A DNA stretch of 64,000 nucleotides from an uncultured Bacillota bacterium (GTDB lineage: Bacteria; Bacillota_I; Bacilli_A; RFN20; CAG-826): contig CASEPN010000003.1 in the NCBI GenBank assembly GCA_949289845.1, positions 77,558 through 141,557 of the forward strand, in the 5' to 3' direction. Both the position numbers and the translations under genes were made by a program. How positions within the stretch are numbered: the first letter of the stretch is position 1; each line of letters begins with the position of its first letter. Shown here piece after piece: positions 1 through 9,815 of the stretch. The notes beneath the pieces are model-generated. The model was not told the DNA's origin. It saw nothing but the letters and a program-made list of their open reading frames with translations, and searched no databases.

Positions 1-1
1 G

Positions 2-1639
2 CTCCTGATCGGGCTCGAGGGGCTCGACATCAACGGCTTCGAGACGTTCCGTCTGCTTCGGGAGAAGCACGGGGTGCAGATGGAGCTTGCGGAAACCTAT
101 GCCCTCCTTGGGATATTCGCCATCGGTAGCGAAAAGGAGCACGTCGAGCGCCTCCTTGAGGGCCTCCGTGCTATCTCGAGGGAACACTACAAGGGTGAAG
201 TCAGCTATCCCGTCCACCAGTTCATCTCCGGGAATCCCTTCATGCTGGTCAGGCCAAGAAGCGCGTTCCACGCCCCGGGCCGGGTAGTTCCTATCGAGGA
301 GCTTGACGGCGAGATCAGCAAGGAGCAGGTCATGATGTACCCGCCCGGCATCCCCATCATTTCCCCGGGGGAGGTCTGGAGCGAGGGACTCATCAGGAAG
401 GTGAAGCGCCTGATGGAGGGAGGGGTCACTCTTCTAAAGAGCTACCCGGAGGGATTCGAGATCATCGACCGCGAGTCCTGGAAAAGGTATCCGACTGTCC
501 AGCGGAAGCTTGAGGACTACCGGGAGAACCGCCTCACGATCCCTTTGCAGGACGGCTACTCCCTTCCTTTCGAGGGAGATGAGCACGAGTTCACCTTCCT
601 TCTCGTCCCGTTCCGCGCGGACACCTGGCGCGAGCATGGCCTCCCCGCGCAGGAGAACTACCTTGAGGTCGCCAAGGCCATCGCCCGTCACGAGAAGGTC
701 AAGGTGGGCATCCATCCTTCAATCCGGAGGAAAGTGGGCCCGATGTTCGAGGGCCATGAGAACATCGAGACCTTCTCGATTCGTTATAACGACGCTTGGG
801 CCAGGGACTCCCTGCCTTTGTTCGTTGCCAATGGGAAAGGCGGGGTGCGGGCCGTTGATTTCCGTTTCAACGCCTGGGGCGGGGACTACGACGGCCTTTA
901 CTCCAACTACAAGGACGACGACAGGATCTCGAGGATCCTCGCCAGGAGGATGAAGATGCTTTCCTATGAGCATCCGACCTTCGTCCTTGAGGGCGGGTCG
1001 ATTGCGGTAGACGGGGAAGGAACCCTCATCGCGACTGAGGCATGCCTCCTGTCGAAGGGCAGGAACCCGACCCTGAGGCGCGTCGAGATCGAGGAGGTCC
1101 TCCGCGAGTACCTTGGCGTGGAGAAGGTCGTGTGGGTCCCTCACGGAATATACGAGGACGAGACGGACGAGCACATCGACAACATGGTCGCCTTCGTCCG
1201 GCCCGGGGTCCTGGCGATGGCCTGGACGGAGAACAATGACGACCCCCAGTACGCCTACTGCCGTGCGACCTACGAGGCGCTTCTCGAGGCGAGGGACGCG
1301 AAGGGGAGGGCCTTCGAAATCCACAAGATCCCCGTCCCGGACCCTGCCCTGTATATCAGCGAGCGCGAGGCCCGGGGCGTCAGCGCCACGAGGACGACGA
1401 GGGACAAGAGGCTGGCTGGAAGGAGGCTCGCCGCGAGCTACGTCAACTTCTACCAAGGGAAGGACTTCGTGATCCTTCCCGCCTTCCATGTGAAGGAGGA
1501 CGAGGTCGCCCTTCAGATCGTCCAGGGCCTCTTCCCCGAGAAAGAGGTGCATCAGGTCTATTCCCGGGAGATACTCTTGGGTGGAGGCAACATCCACTGC
1601 ATCACCATGCAGCTCCCGAAGGGGAGAGGAAGGAGGTAA
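2..1639 (+). CDS. aguA: 5'-truncated fusion: Orn/Lys/Arg (PLP) decarboxylase C-terminal region plus agmatine deiminase
   Basis: Frame is open from nt 2 (LLIGLEGLDINGFETFRLLREKHGVQMELAE). Decarboxylase C-terminal motifs PRSAF and YPPGIPIISPGE come first. From about nt 530 the AguA motifs follow: NDAWARD, DFRFNAWGG, LEGGSIAVDGEGT, DETDEHIDN, ASYVNFY, GGGNIHCITMQ. Confidence 0.88.
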   Translation, partial: LLIGLEGLDINGFETFRLLREKHGVQMELAETYALLGIFAIGSEKEHVERLLEGLRAISREHYKGEVSYPVHQFISGNPFMLVRPRSAFHAPGRVVPIEELDGEISKEQVMMYPPGIPIISPGEVWSEGLIRKVKRLMEGGVTLLKSYPEGFEIIDRESWKRYPTVQRKLEDYRENRLTIPLQDGYSLPFEGDEHEFTFLLVPFRADTWREHGLPAQENYLEVAKAIARHEKVKVGIHPSIRRKVGPMFEGHENIETFSIRYNDAWARDSLPLFVANGKGGVRAVDFRFNAWGGDYDGLYSNYKDDDRISRILARRMKMLSYEHPTFVLEGGSIAVDGEGTLIATEACLLSKGRNPTLRRVEIEEVLREYLGVEKVVWVPHGIYEDETDEHIDNMVAFVRPGVLAMAWTENNDDPQYAYCRATYEALLEARDAKGRAFEIHKIPVPDPALYISEREARGVSATRTTRDKRLAGRRLAASYVNFYQGKDFVILPAFHVKEDEVALQIVQGLFPEKEVHQVYSREILLGGGNIHCITMQLPKGRGRR

Positions 1640-1641
1640 GG

Positions 1642-2511
1642 ATGAGAAAGGTCCGCGTCTGCGTCGCCCAGTACAGCGTTCCCGAGGACTACGAGGAAGC
1701 GATCGCGAAGGCCGACATCTTCTGCAAGATCGCCTGGAGGCTCGACGCGAAGGTCCTCCTTCTCCCGGAGCTTTTCGAAGGGCATTACTTCTGTCAGGAT
1801 GAGGACTACAAGAACTTCGACCGCGCTGAAACCATAAAATCCTCGGAAACCCTCGATCATTTTAGGGAAATCGCCAAGCAGTACGACATCGTCATACCCG
1901 TCTCCTTCTTCGAAAGGGCGGGGAACTGCTACTACAACTCGGTGGCCACCATCGACACGAACGGTAAGATCGTCGGGCTATACCGGAAGAGTCACATACC
2001 GACCGGGGAATGCTACGAGGAGAAGTTCTACTTCACGCCAGGGAACACTGGGTTCGTCGCGCCCAAGACGGCCTATGGCCGCATCGGGACGGCCATCTGC
2101 TGGGACCAGTGGTTCCCGGAAACGGCCAGGGGACTCGCCCTAGCCGGGGCCGAGATGATGCTATTCCCCACCGCGATCGGGAGCGAGCCAGTCCTTCCCC
2201 GCGACAGCAGGGACCACTGGCGGAACGTGATGATCGGGCATGCCGCGGCGAACATGATGCCCGTCATGGCGGCCAACCGCGTGGGCACGGAGAAGGGCAA
2301 GAAAGGCGAGATGACCTTCTACGGCTCCTCCTTCATCGCGGACTGGACCGGCAAGATCGTGCAGCAGGCTGGGCGCGATGAAGAGACCGCGCTTGTGCAC
2401 GAGTTCGATCTCGACGAGATCTTCGAGGAACGGAGGAACTGGGGTGTCTTCCGCGACCGGAGGACCGACCTATACAAGGCCCTTCTTTCGAACGGCAAGG
2501 AAGAGGACTAG
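1642..2511 (+). CDS. aguB: N-carbamoylputrescine amidase (nitrilase superfamily)
   Basis: Catalytic triad contexts PELF, YRKSHIP and ICWDQWFPE; YEEKFYF; PTAIGSEP; SD GGAGG; follows aguA. Confidence 0.92.
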   Translation: MRKVRVCVAQYSVPEDYEEAIAKADIFCKIAWRLDAKVLLLPELFEGHYFCQDEDYKNFDRAETIKSSETLDHFREIAKQYDIVIPVSFFERAGNCYYNSVATIDTNGKIVGLYRKSHIPTGECYEEKFYFTPGNTGFVAPKTAYGRIGTAICWDQWFPETARGLALAGAEMMLFPTAIGSEPVLPRDSRDHWRNVMIGHAAANMMPVMAANRVGTEKGKKGEMTFYGSSFIADWTGKIVQQAGRDEETALVHEFDLDEIFEERRNWGVFRDRRTDLYKALLSNGKEED

Positions 2512-2529
2512 GGCCAGAGGATCAACAGC

Positions 2530-2555
2530 AGGAGGATCGCCACGGCGATTCCTCC
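2530..2555 (+). terminator. GC-rich hairpin after aguB (possible terminator, no U tract)
   Basis: GGAGGATCGCC-AC-GGCGATTCCTCC inverted repeat. Confidence 0.35.
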
Positions 2556-2646
2556 CAATAGACCGGGAAGGACATAAAGGAGCCACTCTTTCCCGTTCTT
2601 CTTCATGAGGGGATTATCCCATCTCCCTACTGGAAGGATGGATTTT

Positions 2647-2655
2647 TGGTAGGAT
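2647..2655 (+). promoter_or_regulatory. Extended -10 element, leaderless-type promoter
   Basis: TG-G-TAGGAT, then 6 nt, then ATG 2662; no SD. Confidence 0.6.
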
Positions 2656-2661
2656 GGGCGC

Positions 2662-4563
2662 ATGAAGAAGAACATTCTCCTATTGGCCGTCGCTGCTTTC
2701 CTTCTCGCTGGGTGCGACTACGGTACGACAAGCGGGTCCTCTTCCGGCACATCCTCTAGCTATTCGCCGGTCTATGTCCCTGAGGAGGAATACCAGGTCC
2801 CCGAGGACGTCGGGGAACCTGTCGTCCTTGGCGAGCCTCTTTCCGTCTCCCTATCCGAGATGGACGTCGAGACGGAGGAAGGAGGGCGCCTTTATTTCCC
2901 GGTCCAGGTCGGCGAGGAGGAAATCCTATTCCGGGTGGAAGGAGGGACTGTCCTCGGGGATGGAGGAATCCACCTCGGCCAAGGGGGCTATCTCACGAAC
3001 GTGACGCCCATCCAGGGAATCGATGATGTTTCATGGGTCGGCGAGGCTTCCGAGGATTCCTTCCCGATGGAGAGGGTATCGGCGATGACGATCGTCGACC
3101 CGTTCCTTGGCGCTTACGTGACGAATGGCGAGAACGTCCTTCCTAAGAGCGCGGATGGCCTTTTCTTCTCGATCGGTCCTGCTATCGGAACCCTCAATAT
3201 TGAGAGTCTCTCCATCGGGACGAAGACGGACTCCTCCGTAGAGCCAAACGGGAAGGCGGGGAACCTTTCCTTCTATTCCCTGAACGACACGCACGGGGCC
3301 GTTTCCCTCAACGAGGAGAACGGAGAGCCCGGGATCGCGGTCCTCGGGAACTACCTTAGGGAAGGCGCGAAGAGCAACCCGGAAGGGACCGTCATACTTT
3401 CGGCGGGGGACATGTGGCAGGGCTCTGCCGACAGCAACCTTACCCACGGCGCCATCATGGTGGACTGGATGAACCTTGTTGGGTTCGACGCGATGAGCGT
3501 CGGGAACCATGAGTTCGACTGGGGCGTCTCCTATATCGAGCAGAACCTCGGGAAGGCGAACTTCCCCTTCCTTGGAATCAATATCCGCGACCCCCAGGGG
3601 AATACCCCTTACTGGGCCGCGCCTTCCACGATCATCCAGAGGGGCGGATGGCGCATCGGCGTGGTCGGAGCGATTGGCGACCTCGAGAGCAGCATCGCGG
3701 TGAGCTCCCTGGGCGGCTATGAGCTGGGGGACGACTTCCGTAAGCTTTCCGAGAAGGAAGCCAAGAGGCTTAAAGAAGAGGAAGACTGCGATTTCGTCGC
3801 AATTCTCATACATAACGGATCGTTTCCTGTCAGCCAGGAAGGTTCGGGCTACATCGACCTCGTCTTCGAGGGACATACCCATCGGGGATATGTGGAGGTC
3901 GACGAATACGGGATCCCTCACGCCCAGGGATGGGCGAACGGGGGCCATCTGAACAGGCTTGACTTCGTCTACGAGGAGACGACCGGGGATTTCCAATATG
4001 ACGGAAACGTCCAGTACAGCGGCTACGAAATGACCTACGGGGGCACGCCGGATAAGGACGTGGAGGAGTTGATTGAGCAGTACTCCTCCCTCATCGACCC
4101 CATCAAGAACGAGGTTCTCGATTCTTCCTTCCAGGGGATGTCGGAGTCTGAGATCGCCGTCTATAGCACGGAGGCGATGCTCCATTTCTACCAGGAGAAG
4201 TACGAAGGTCGCTACGACATCGTGGCTGCCTTCAGCAATACCGGCTGCGCCAGGACCAGCCTCGCGAGCGGCCCTCTTATCTACGGTGCTCTCTACCAGG
4301 CGCTTCCCTTCGATAACGACAACGTTCTCGTCGAGCTTTCCGGCCAGTCGCTTTCCTATCTGCTTGGAGATGGGTATCTCGCGGCCGCAAGTGAGGTCTC
4401 GCGCTGGGAGGTAGACCTCGATAAGAAGGACTACCACGCGATCGTCCTTTCCTACGTCTCCGAGAAGAGCAGTTACGCGAACCTCATGGAAGAGATCGAG
4501 CGCGACAGCCAGAACCGCCAGAGGGACATCTTCGCGGAGGCGATCCGGAGTGGGGACTACTGA
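2662..4563 (+). CDS. Lipoprotein metallophosphoesterase / 5'-nucleotidase
   Basis: Lipobox LLAGC, Ser-rich linker, motifs NDTHG, GDMWQGS, GNHEFDWG, GHTH, and C-terminal LPFDN. Confidence 0.85.
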   Translation: MKKNILLLAVAAFLLAGCDYGTTSGSSSGTSSSYSPVYVPEEEYQVPEDVGEPVVLGEPLSVSLSEMDVETEEGGRLYFPVQVGEEEILFRVEGGTVLGDGGIHLGQGGYLTNVTPIQGIDDVSWVGEASEDSFPMERVSAMTIVDPFLGAYVTNGENVLPKSADGLFFSIGPAIGTLNIESLSIGTKTDSSVEPNGKAGNLSFYSLNDTHGAVSLNEENGEPGIAVLGNYLREGAKSNPEGTVILSAGDMWQGSADSNLTHGAIMVDWMNLVGFDAMSVGNHEFDWGVSYIEQNLGKANFPFLGINIRDPQGNTPYWAAPSTIIQRGGWRIGVVGAIGDLESSIAVSSLGGYELGDDFRKLSEKEAKRLKEEEDCDFVAILIHNGSFPVSQEGSGYIDLVFEGHTHRGYVEVDEYGIPHAQGWANGGHLNRLDFVYEETTGDFQYDGNVQYSGYEMTYGGTPDKDVEELIEQYSSLIDPIKNEVLDSSFQGMSESEIAVYSTEAMLHFYQEKYEGRYDIVAAFSNTGCARTSLASGPLIYGALYQALPFDNDNVLVELSGQSLSYLLGDGYLAAASEVSRWEVDLDKKDYHAIVLSYVSEKSSYANLMEEIERDSQNRQRDIFAEAIRSGDY

Positions 4564-5410
4564 GGAGATAGCGCTCGTCATCCAGGGGGGCGGGACCAGG
4601 GCGGCCTATGCCGCCGGGGCGCTGGACGTCCTCATGAAGGAGGGCATCTCCTTTCCTCTCGTCGTCGGGACGTCCGCGGGCGCCTTGCTGGGCGTGAACT
4701 ACATCTCCGGGGACCGCGGGAGGAGCAGGGCGCTCCTGACTTATGGAATGGATGACAGGAAGCTACTTTCTCCCCTCAACCTCCTGAGGAAGGGCTCCAT
4801 CTACGATTTCCATTACCTCTTCTACGTGCTGCCCAACAGGGGGCTGCCTTTCAACTATTCCCGTTTTCGGACAAACGAGGCGGGTTTCTATGCGGTTTCT
4901 ACTTCTCTAATTACAGGCAAGGCTCATCTTGCGAAGAAAGGGGACAAGGATTTCTGGGCAGGACTGGCGGCTTCTTGCTCCCTTCCCTTTCTTTCCAAGC
5001 CCATGCCTGTCGGGGATGACGTCTGTCTCGACGGAGGAATCATCGCCTCCGTCCCTTTCCGTGAGGCCCTCTCCCTTGGGGCGAGCCGCCTGGTGTGCAT
5101 TCTCACGAGGGAAAAGGGATATCGGAAGGCTCCCGTCGGGAAGAGGAAAAGGACCCTTGCCAAGCGTTTCTACGGGGATTATCCGATTGCAGAAGATCTC
5201 CTGATGAACTCCTCGAACGTCTATAACGAGTCGATGGAAGAGCTCGACCGGCTCGAGAAGGAGGGAAGGGCCTTCCTTCTTTATCCTTCGAAGCCTCCCC
5301 GGGTCTCCGTCGCGGAACGGGACGGGAGGAAGCTCCTCCCTCTCGTTGAGCTCGGGGAGTCGGACATGTCCTCGAGGATGGAGGCGCTACGCGCCTTCCT
5401 TGCTTCATAA
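4550..5410 (+). CDS. Patatin-like phospholipase
   Basis: GGGTR, GTSAG (GxSxG) and DGG motifs. Confidence 0.88.
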   Translation: MGTTEEIALVIQGGGTRAAYAAGALDVLMKEGISFPLVVGTSAGALLGVNYISGDRGRSRALLTYGMDDRKLLSPLNLLRKGSIYDFHYLFYVLPNRGLPFNYSRFRTNEAGFYAVSTSLITGKAHLAKKGDKDFWAGLAASCSLPFLSKPMPVGDDVCLDGGIIASVPFREALSLGASRLVCILTREKGYRKAPVGKRKRTLAKRFYGDYPIAEDLLMNSSNVYNESMEELDRLEKEGRAFLLYPSKPPRVSVAERDGRKLLPLVELGESDMSSRMEALRAFLAS

Positions 5411-5439
5411 GCGCACCTTCATAGGTTAGGATAGCCCGC

Positions 5440-6459
5440 ATGAACAAGAACGACCGGAAGAAAGGGCGGGGCGATCGGGGCTTGGTGAACCCCGACTACA
5501 CGAAAACTTTTCCGGTCCACCACGAGACGACTCTCCTGGAGTTCCTGAAGGGGAAACTCCCACAGCAGTCGGAGAAGAACGTCAAGCGCATCATCATGAA
5601 CCATCAGGTCGCCGTGGGAGGGGTTCCCACCGATCTCTTCCGCTTCCCTCTATATCCGGAGGACGAGGTGACACTTTCCTGGTCTCCGATCCGCAAGAGG
5701 GCCCCGAGGCCAATCCCGATCCTTTTCGAAGATGATGAAATCATCGCCATCGATAAGCCGAGTGGCCTTCTTTCCGTCGCTAGCGACAGGGAGAAGGGGC
5801 GGACCGCCTACCGCATGGTGTCGGAATACGTCGAGGGGAAGAGGCGAGGCTCCCGCATCTTCGTCGTTCACCGCCTGGACGAGGACACCTCCGGGGTGCT
5901 GATCTTCGCGAAGAAGATCGAGGTCCGCGAAGCCCTCCAGAAGGACTGGCAGAAGATCGTGAGGAAGCGCGGCTACTACGCGATCGTGGAAGGGGAGGAC
6001 ATCCCGGACGAGGGCAGGCTCAAGAACTATCTTGCGCAGGATCGGACCCAGAAGGTGTTCGTCACTCGCTGGAAGGAAAAGGGGAAGCTCGCCATCACCA
6101 ACTACAAGGTCATCGCCAGGAAAGGAGGCTACTCCCTCCTGGACGTCAACATCGAAAGCGGGCGCAAGAACCAGATCCGCGTCCAGCTCGGAAACATCGG
6201 CCACTACGTAATCGGGGACGACAAGTACGGGGAGCCTTCCAACCCTCTCGGGAGGCTCGGACTCCATGCCTACGAGCTTAGCTTCCGGAATCCCCTGACC
6301 GGGAAAGAGTACGAGCTCCGCGCTCCCTTGCCCAAGGCGTTCAAGTCCATGTTCTTCAAGACCCACCAGGAGGAACGGGAGGAACAAAGGGAAAGGGAGA
6401 AGGCGAGAGCGGTCCCTAAAGAAGGGAAGCGCGCCCCCTTCAGGAGGAGAGGCAAGTGA
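5440..6459 (+). CDS. RluA-family RNA pseudouridine synthase
   Basis: DKPSGL, HRLDEDTSG, GRKNQIRVQ, GDDKYG, LHAYEL. Confidence 0.92.
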   Translation: MNKNDRKKGRGDRGLVNPDYTKTFPVHHETTLLEFLKGKLPQQSEKNVKRIIMNHQVAVGGVPTDLFRFPLYPEDEVTLSWSPIRKRAPRPIPILFEDDEIIAIDKPSGLLSVASDREKGRTAYRMVSEYVEGKRRGSRIFVVHRLDEDTSGVLIFAKKIEVREALQKDWQKIVRKRGYYAIVEGEDIPDEGRLKNYLAQDRTQKVFVTRWKEKGKLAITNYKVIARKGGYSLLDVNIESGRKNQIRVQLGNIGHYVIGDDKYGEPSNPLGRLGLHAYELSFRNPLTGKEYELRAPLPKAFKSMFFKTHQEEREEQREREKARAVPKEGKRAPFRRRGK

Positions 6460-9400
6460 TCCGCAAGGGCGGGGAAAGCACCGCGCAGAAGAAAAAAATT
6501 TTCTTTGAATGGGGGAACTGCGTGGATTTCCTTCGTCTCAAGGCTCCCTTTCTCTTTGATAGGGGATCGCTTTTCTACTATGCGCTCCTGATCCTCGGCG
6601 TTGCCTTCCTATGGATGGCCTACGCCATCTTCGTCAACCAGTTCTCGGTCCTCTATGGCTGGGACTACAGCTCCCAGTACGTGACGATGTCCTACTCCTT
6701 CCGCGACATGTGGTGGGATTTCCTCAGGACCGGCTCGTTCCCGCTTTACTCCTTCGAGACGTTCCTCGGCACTGACAACATCGGGAGCAACTCCTACTAC
6801 GGTCTCTTCGATCCATTCCTGATTCCCCTCTTGATCTTCCCTCGCTCCTGGGCGCCTCAGATGTTCGTCCTCGCTGCGATGCTGAAGGGCGTCGTCTCCG
6901 CCCTGACCATGCGGGCTTACCTCCGCTATATGGGCGTGAAGGAGGGTTCCTCCCGGGTAGGGGGGCTCGCCTATGCCTTCTCCGGCTACTTGAACTTCAT
7001 GGTGGGCTTCCCGAGCTATCTTTCGATGGCCTTCACCCTCCCTCTCCTTCTTCTCGGGATTGAGAAAGCCCTGCGGGAGAGGAAGCCTGCCACCATCGCC
7101 ATCACCCTCATGTTCCTCGGGATGATCTCCTTCTTCTTTCTCGTCGTCTTCCTCATCTTCGGGGCGATGTACGCCGTATGGCGGTTCTTCCAGACGATGA
7201 GGAAGAGGAACCTCAAGGAGAACGTTCTAGCCCTCGTTGCCGGGGCGGGAGGCGTCCTCATCGGGGTCGCCCTTTGCGCGTGGGTCCTCCTGCCCTCCGT
7301 CCGCGAGACCTCGCTTTCCGGGAGGACGACCTCCGTCGGGGCGGCCTACCTCGCCGCAATCAAGAAGGCCTTCGCGGACATGAACGCCCCTGACCTCATC
7401 GCTCTTCTGTTCATGCCGGTCGGAGGGAACGCCGCGCGAGAGTACCAGGGCCTCATCGGGTTCTTCTATCCGACGTGCAACTACCTGTGGCTCCCTCTCG
7501 CAAAGACGACGGACAGCTATTCCTATGACTCCTGGACCGCCTCGCTCTTCTGCTACACCCCGATGCTCATCCTCTTCTTCACTTCCTTCGTCCATAACCT
7601 CAGGAAGGGGAGGTGGTCGCATCTTCTCGCCTTCTCGATCTGCTTCTATTTTCTCTTCACGAATCTCGCCTACTATCTCTTCTACGCCTTCGCGGGGGAT
7701 GGCTACGGGCGCTGGTACATTGTCCTCGTGCCGCTCATCATCCTATACGCCGCGGAGGAGCTGGACCGCCTCCCCGAGGAGAAGCCCTCCACCCTTATCG
7801 GAGGGAGCCTCGCCGCCCTTCTTGGGACGATTCTCGCGTTCGTGATCCCCTATCTCGCCCTCCAGGACAAGACGATCCCGAACTGGCTCCAGGACGGCTA
7901 CGCCCATCAGGACTACGACGTCCCGGGGATCGCCTCCTTCCGCGGCATCTCCACCCGCCTTACCTGGATCATCTACTACCAGATCGCCCTCCTGGTCATC
8001 GAGTCAGGCGTCATCTTCTACATGAAGGACAGGAAGTTCCTCTGGAAGGCGCTTTTCGCCTTCCTCGTCCTCGAGATCACCGTCTCGGGGAATCTTTCCT
8101 TCTTCTACGGGTCCATGCATTCCTACTCCTCCTGGCTAGGAGGGAGCCAGGCGCTAGAGACGGCGAACTCCCTCTTCAGCAAGGCGTACGAGGACGAGGG
8201 CGACGGCTATTTCCGCGCCTATAGCGACCTCAACCCCGACCGGAACACGAACATGGCCTACGGCTATAACGGGACGAGCCACTTCCACTCCCTCTTCAAC
8301 TACGACCTCGCCGACCTCGCCCGCTACAGTTACATCACGAACAACGAGGGGACCGGCTCCGCCTTCGGAGAGGACATCGTCACGAAGTCCTGGTCCGCCT
8401 ACTACGGGAACAAGAGGGCGGGCTTCGACATGGCCCTCGGGACGAAGTACTACCTCGTCATGGACGAGGGCTATCCCCATGGCTACGACGAGTTCCAGCC
8501 AAACGTCCCCTTCGGGAGCACGCTCATCGCCGAGCAAGACGGCTTCCGTCTCTACGAGAGCCCGTACGCCAACGAGATCGGCCTCGGCCACCGGGTGGAG
8601 CACCTCTATGCAGAAGGGATCGACGAGGAGTCCCGCACGAGGAACAAGAGCGACTTCTTCAGCGATAGCTCCGGGGTGAACGCCGCCCGGGAGATCCTCC
8701 GGAACGAACAATCTTATATCTCGGGCGCCATCCTCCAGGACGAGGACGTGGAAGCCGTCCTCGAGGAGCTGAACGCCGAAGGCGGGAGCAGGAGCATCGA
8801 GCCCGCGCCTGTTGCCAGCGCAGGGTCCGCCCTCCTCACCTCCCTATCCTCCGTGACGAAGGCGACATACATCGAGACGGTCCACGGGAACGGGGTGGAC
8901 TACGGCTACTACGCCTACGACGAAGAGGAGGGGATCGACTGGGATCCCGGCTACTTCCTCACCTACCGTGAGGAGCATGGCCCCGACCACGAGTCCCCGG
9001 ATAGCCCGATCCTCCTTGAGAGGACCCACACGACCCAGCAGCCGGTGGTCCGGGACTTCGGGAAGGTCGTCATCGAGCCTACGGGGGACAGGGAATACCT
9101 GAACGAGGATCCCGAAGGCGCCTACTTCGTCATGGACATGACCCTTAGCTCTGGCTCCGACACCCCGCGCGTCTATTTCATCGGAGACAAGGACGTCGAC
9201 GGGGACGGGGTCGAGGAACATAACGTCGTCCTTTCTTACGAATACAACATGATCAGCAACTGGGCCGGCCACTACGTCCGCTACTCCGGGGACGTGTTCG
9301 GGTTCTATGTGCCTGGAAAGGCTCGCTACGCCGTCTTCTGCTTCAAAGGAAGCGGGTACGCCACCTTCACCGAGCCGACCCTTTACGTGCAGGAGCGCTC

Positions 9401-9815
9401 CCTCTTCGAGGAGAACATTGATAGCAACATGACGGGGGAGAACGCCCTCAAGGACGTGAGCTTCAAGACCGACTGCTTCGCCTTCCGGAGCGACTACGAC
9501 GTCCCCGAGCTCGTCGTCACCGTCCTTGGCTACGACGCCGGGTGGTCCTTGTCCGGGACGAATGGGGAGGAGACCGTCTCTCCCAGCATCTATAAGCTGG
9601 ACGGAGGGCTCGTAGGCTTCGTCCTGCCTTCCGGGGAGTGGAACTGGACGCTCTGCTATCGGACGCCCGGGCTTGGCCTGGGAGTTGGGCTGGCGATGGG
9701 AGGAGTGGCTGCCCTTGGCATCTATTTCCTCGGGGCGTTCCTCTACCGCCAGAAAGAAAACGAGCGGCTCCGGAACGAGCCGCCCGCTGAGAGCACGAAC
9801 TCCGGGAAGGCCTAG
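6456..9815 (+). CDS. YfhO-family polytopic membrane protein (GT-C glycosyltransferase-like)
   Basis: About 13 TM segments; D(YSS)QY; YYGLFDPF; YAFSGY; YGRW; YNGTSHFHSL; C-terminal YDAGW...YRTPGLGLG plus a TM. Start uncertain. Confidence 0.8.
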   Translation: MIRKGGESTAQKKKIFFEWGNCVDFLRLKAPFLFDRGSLFYYALLILGVAFLWMAYAIFVNQFSVLYGWDYSSQYVTMSYSFRDMWWDFLRTGSFPLYSFETFLGTDNIGSNSYYGLFDPFLIPLLIFPRSWAPQMFVLAAMLKGVVSALTMRAYLRYMGVKEGSSRVGGLAYAFSGYLNFMVGFPSYLSMAFTLPLLLLGIEKALRERKPATIAITLMFLGMISFFFLVVFLIFGAMYAVWRFFQTMRKRNLKENVLALVAGAGGVLIGVALCAWVLLPSVRETSLSGRTTSVGAAYLAAIKKAFADMNAPDLIALLFMPVGGNAAREYQGLIGFFYPTCNYLWLPLAKTTDSYSYDSWTASLFCYTPMLILFFTSFVHNLRKGRWSHLLAFSICFYFLFTNLAYYLFYAFAGDGYGRWYIVLVPLIILYAAEELDRLPEEKPSTLIGGSLAALLGTILAFVIPYLALQDKTIPNWLQDGYAHQDYDVPGIASFRGISTRLTWIIYYQIALLVIESGVIFYMKDRKFLWKALFAFLVLEITVSGNLSFFYGSMHSYSSWLGGSQALETANSLFSKAYEDEGDGYFRAYSDLNPDRNTNMAYGYNGTSHFHSLFNYDLADLARYSYITNNEGTGSAFGEDIVTKSWSAYYGNKRAGFDMALGTKYYLVMDEGYPHGYDEFQPNVPFGSTLIAEQDGFRLYESPYANEIGLGHRVEHLYAEGIDEESRTRNKSDFFSDSSGVNAAREILRNEQSYISGAILQDEDVEAVLEELNAEGGSRSIEPAPVASAGSALLTSLSSVTKATYIETVHGNGVDYGYYAYDEEEGIDWDPGYFLTYREEHGPDHESPDSPILLERTHTTQQPVVRDFGKVVIEPTGDREYLNEDPEGAYFVMDMTLSSGSDTPRVYFIGDKDVDGDGVEEHNVVLSYEYNMISNWAGHYVRYSGDVFGFYVPGKARYAVFCFKGSGYATFTEPTLYVQERSLFEENIDSNMTGENALKDVSFKTDCFAFRSDYDVPELVVTVLGYDAGWSLSGTNGEETVSPSIYKLDGGLVGFVLPSGEWNWTLCYRTPGLGLGVGLAMGGVAALGIYFLGAFLYRQKENERLRNEPPAESTNSGKA

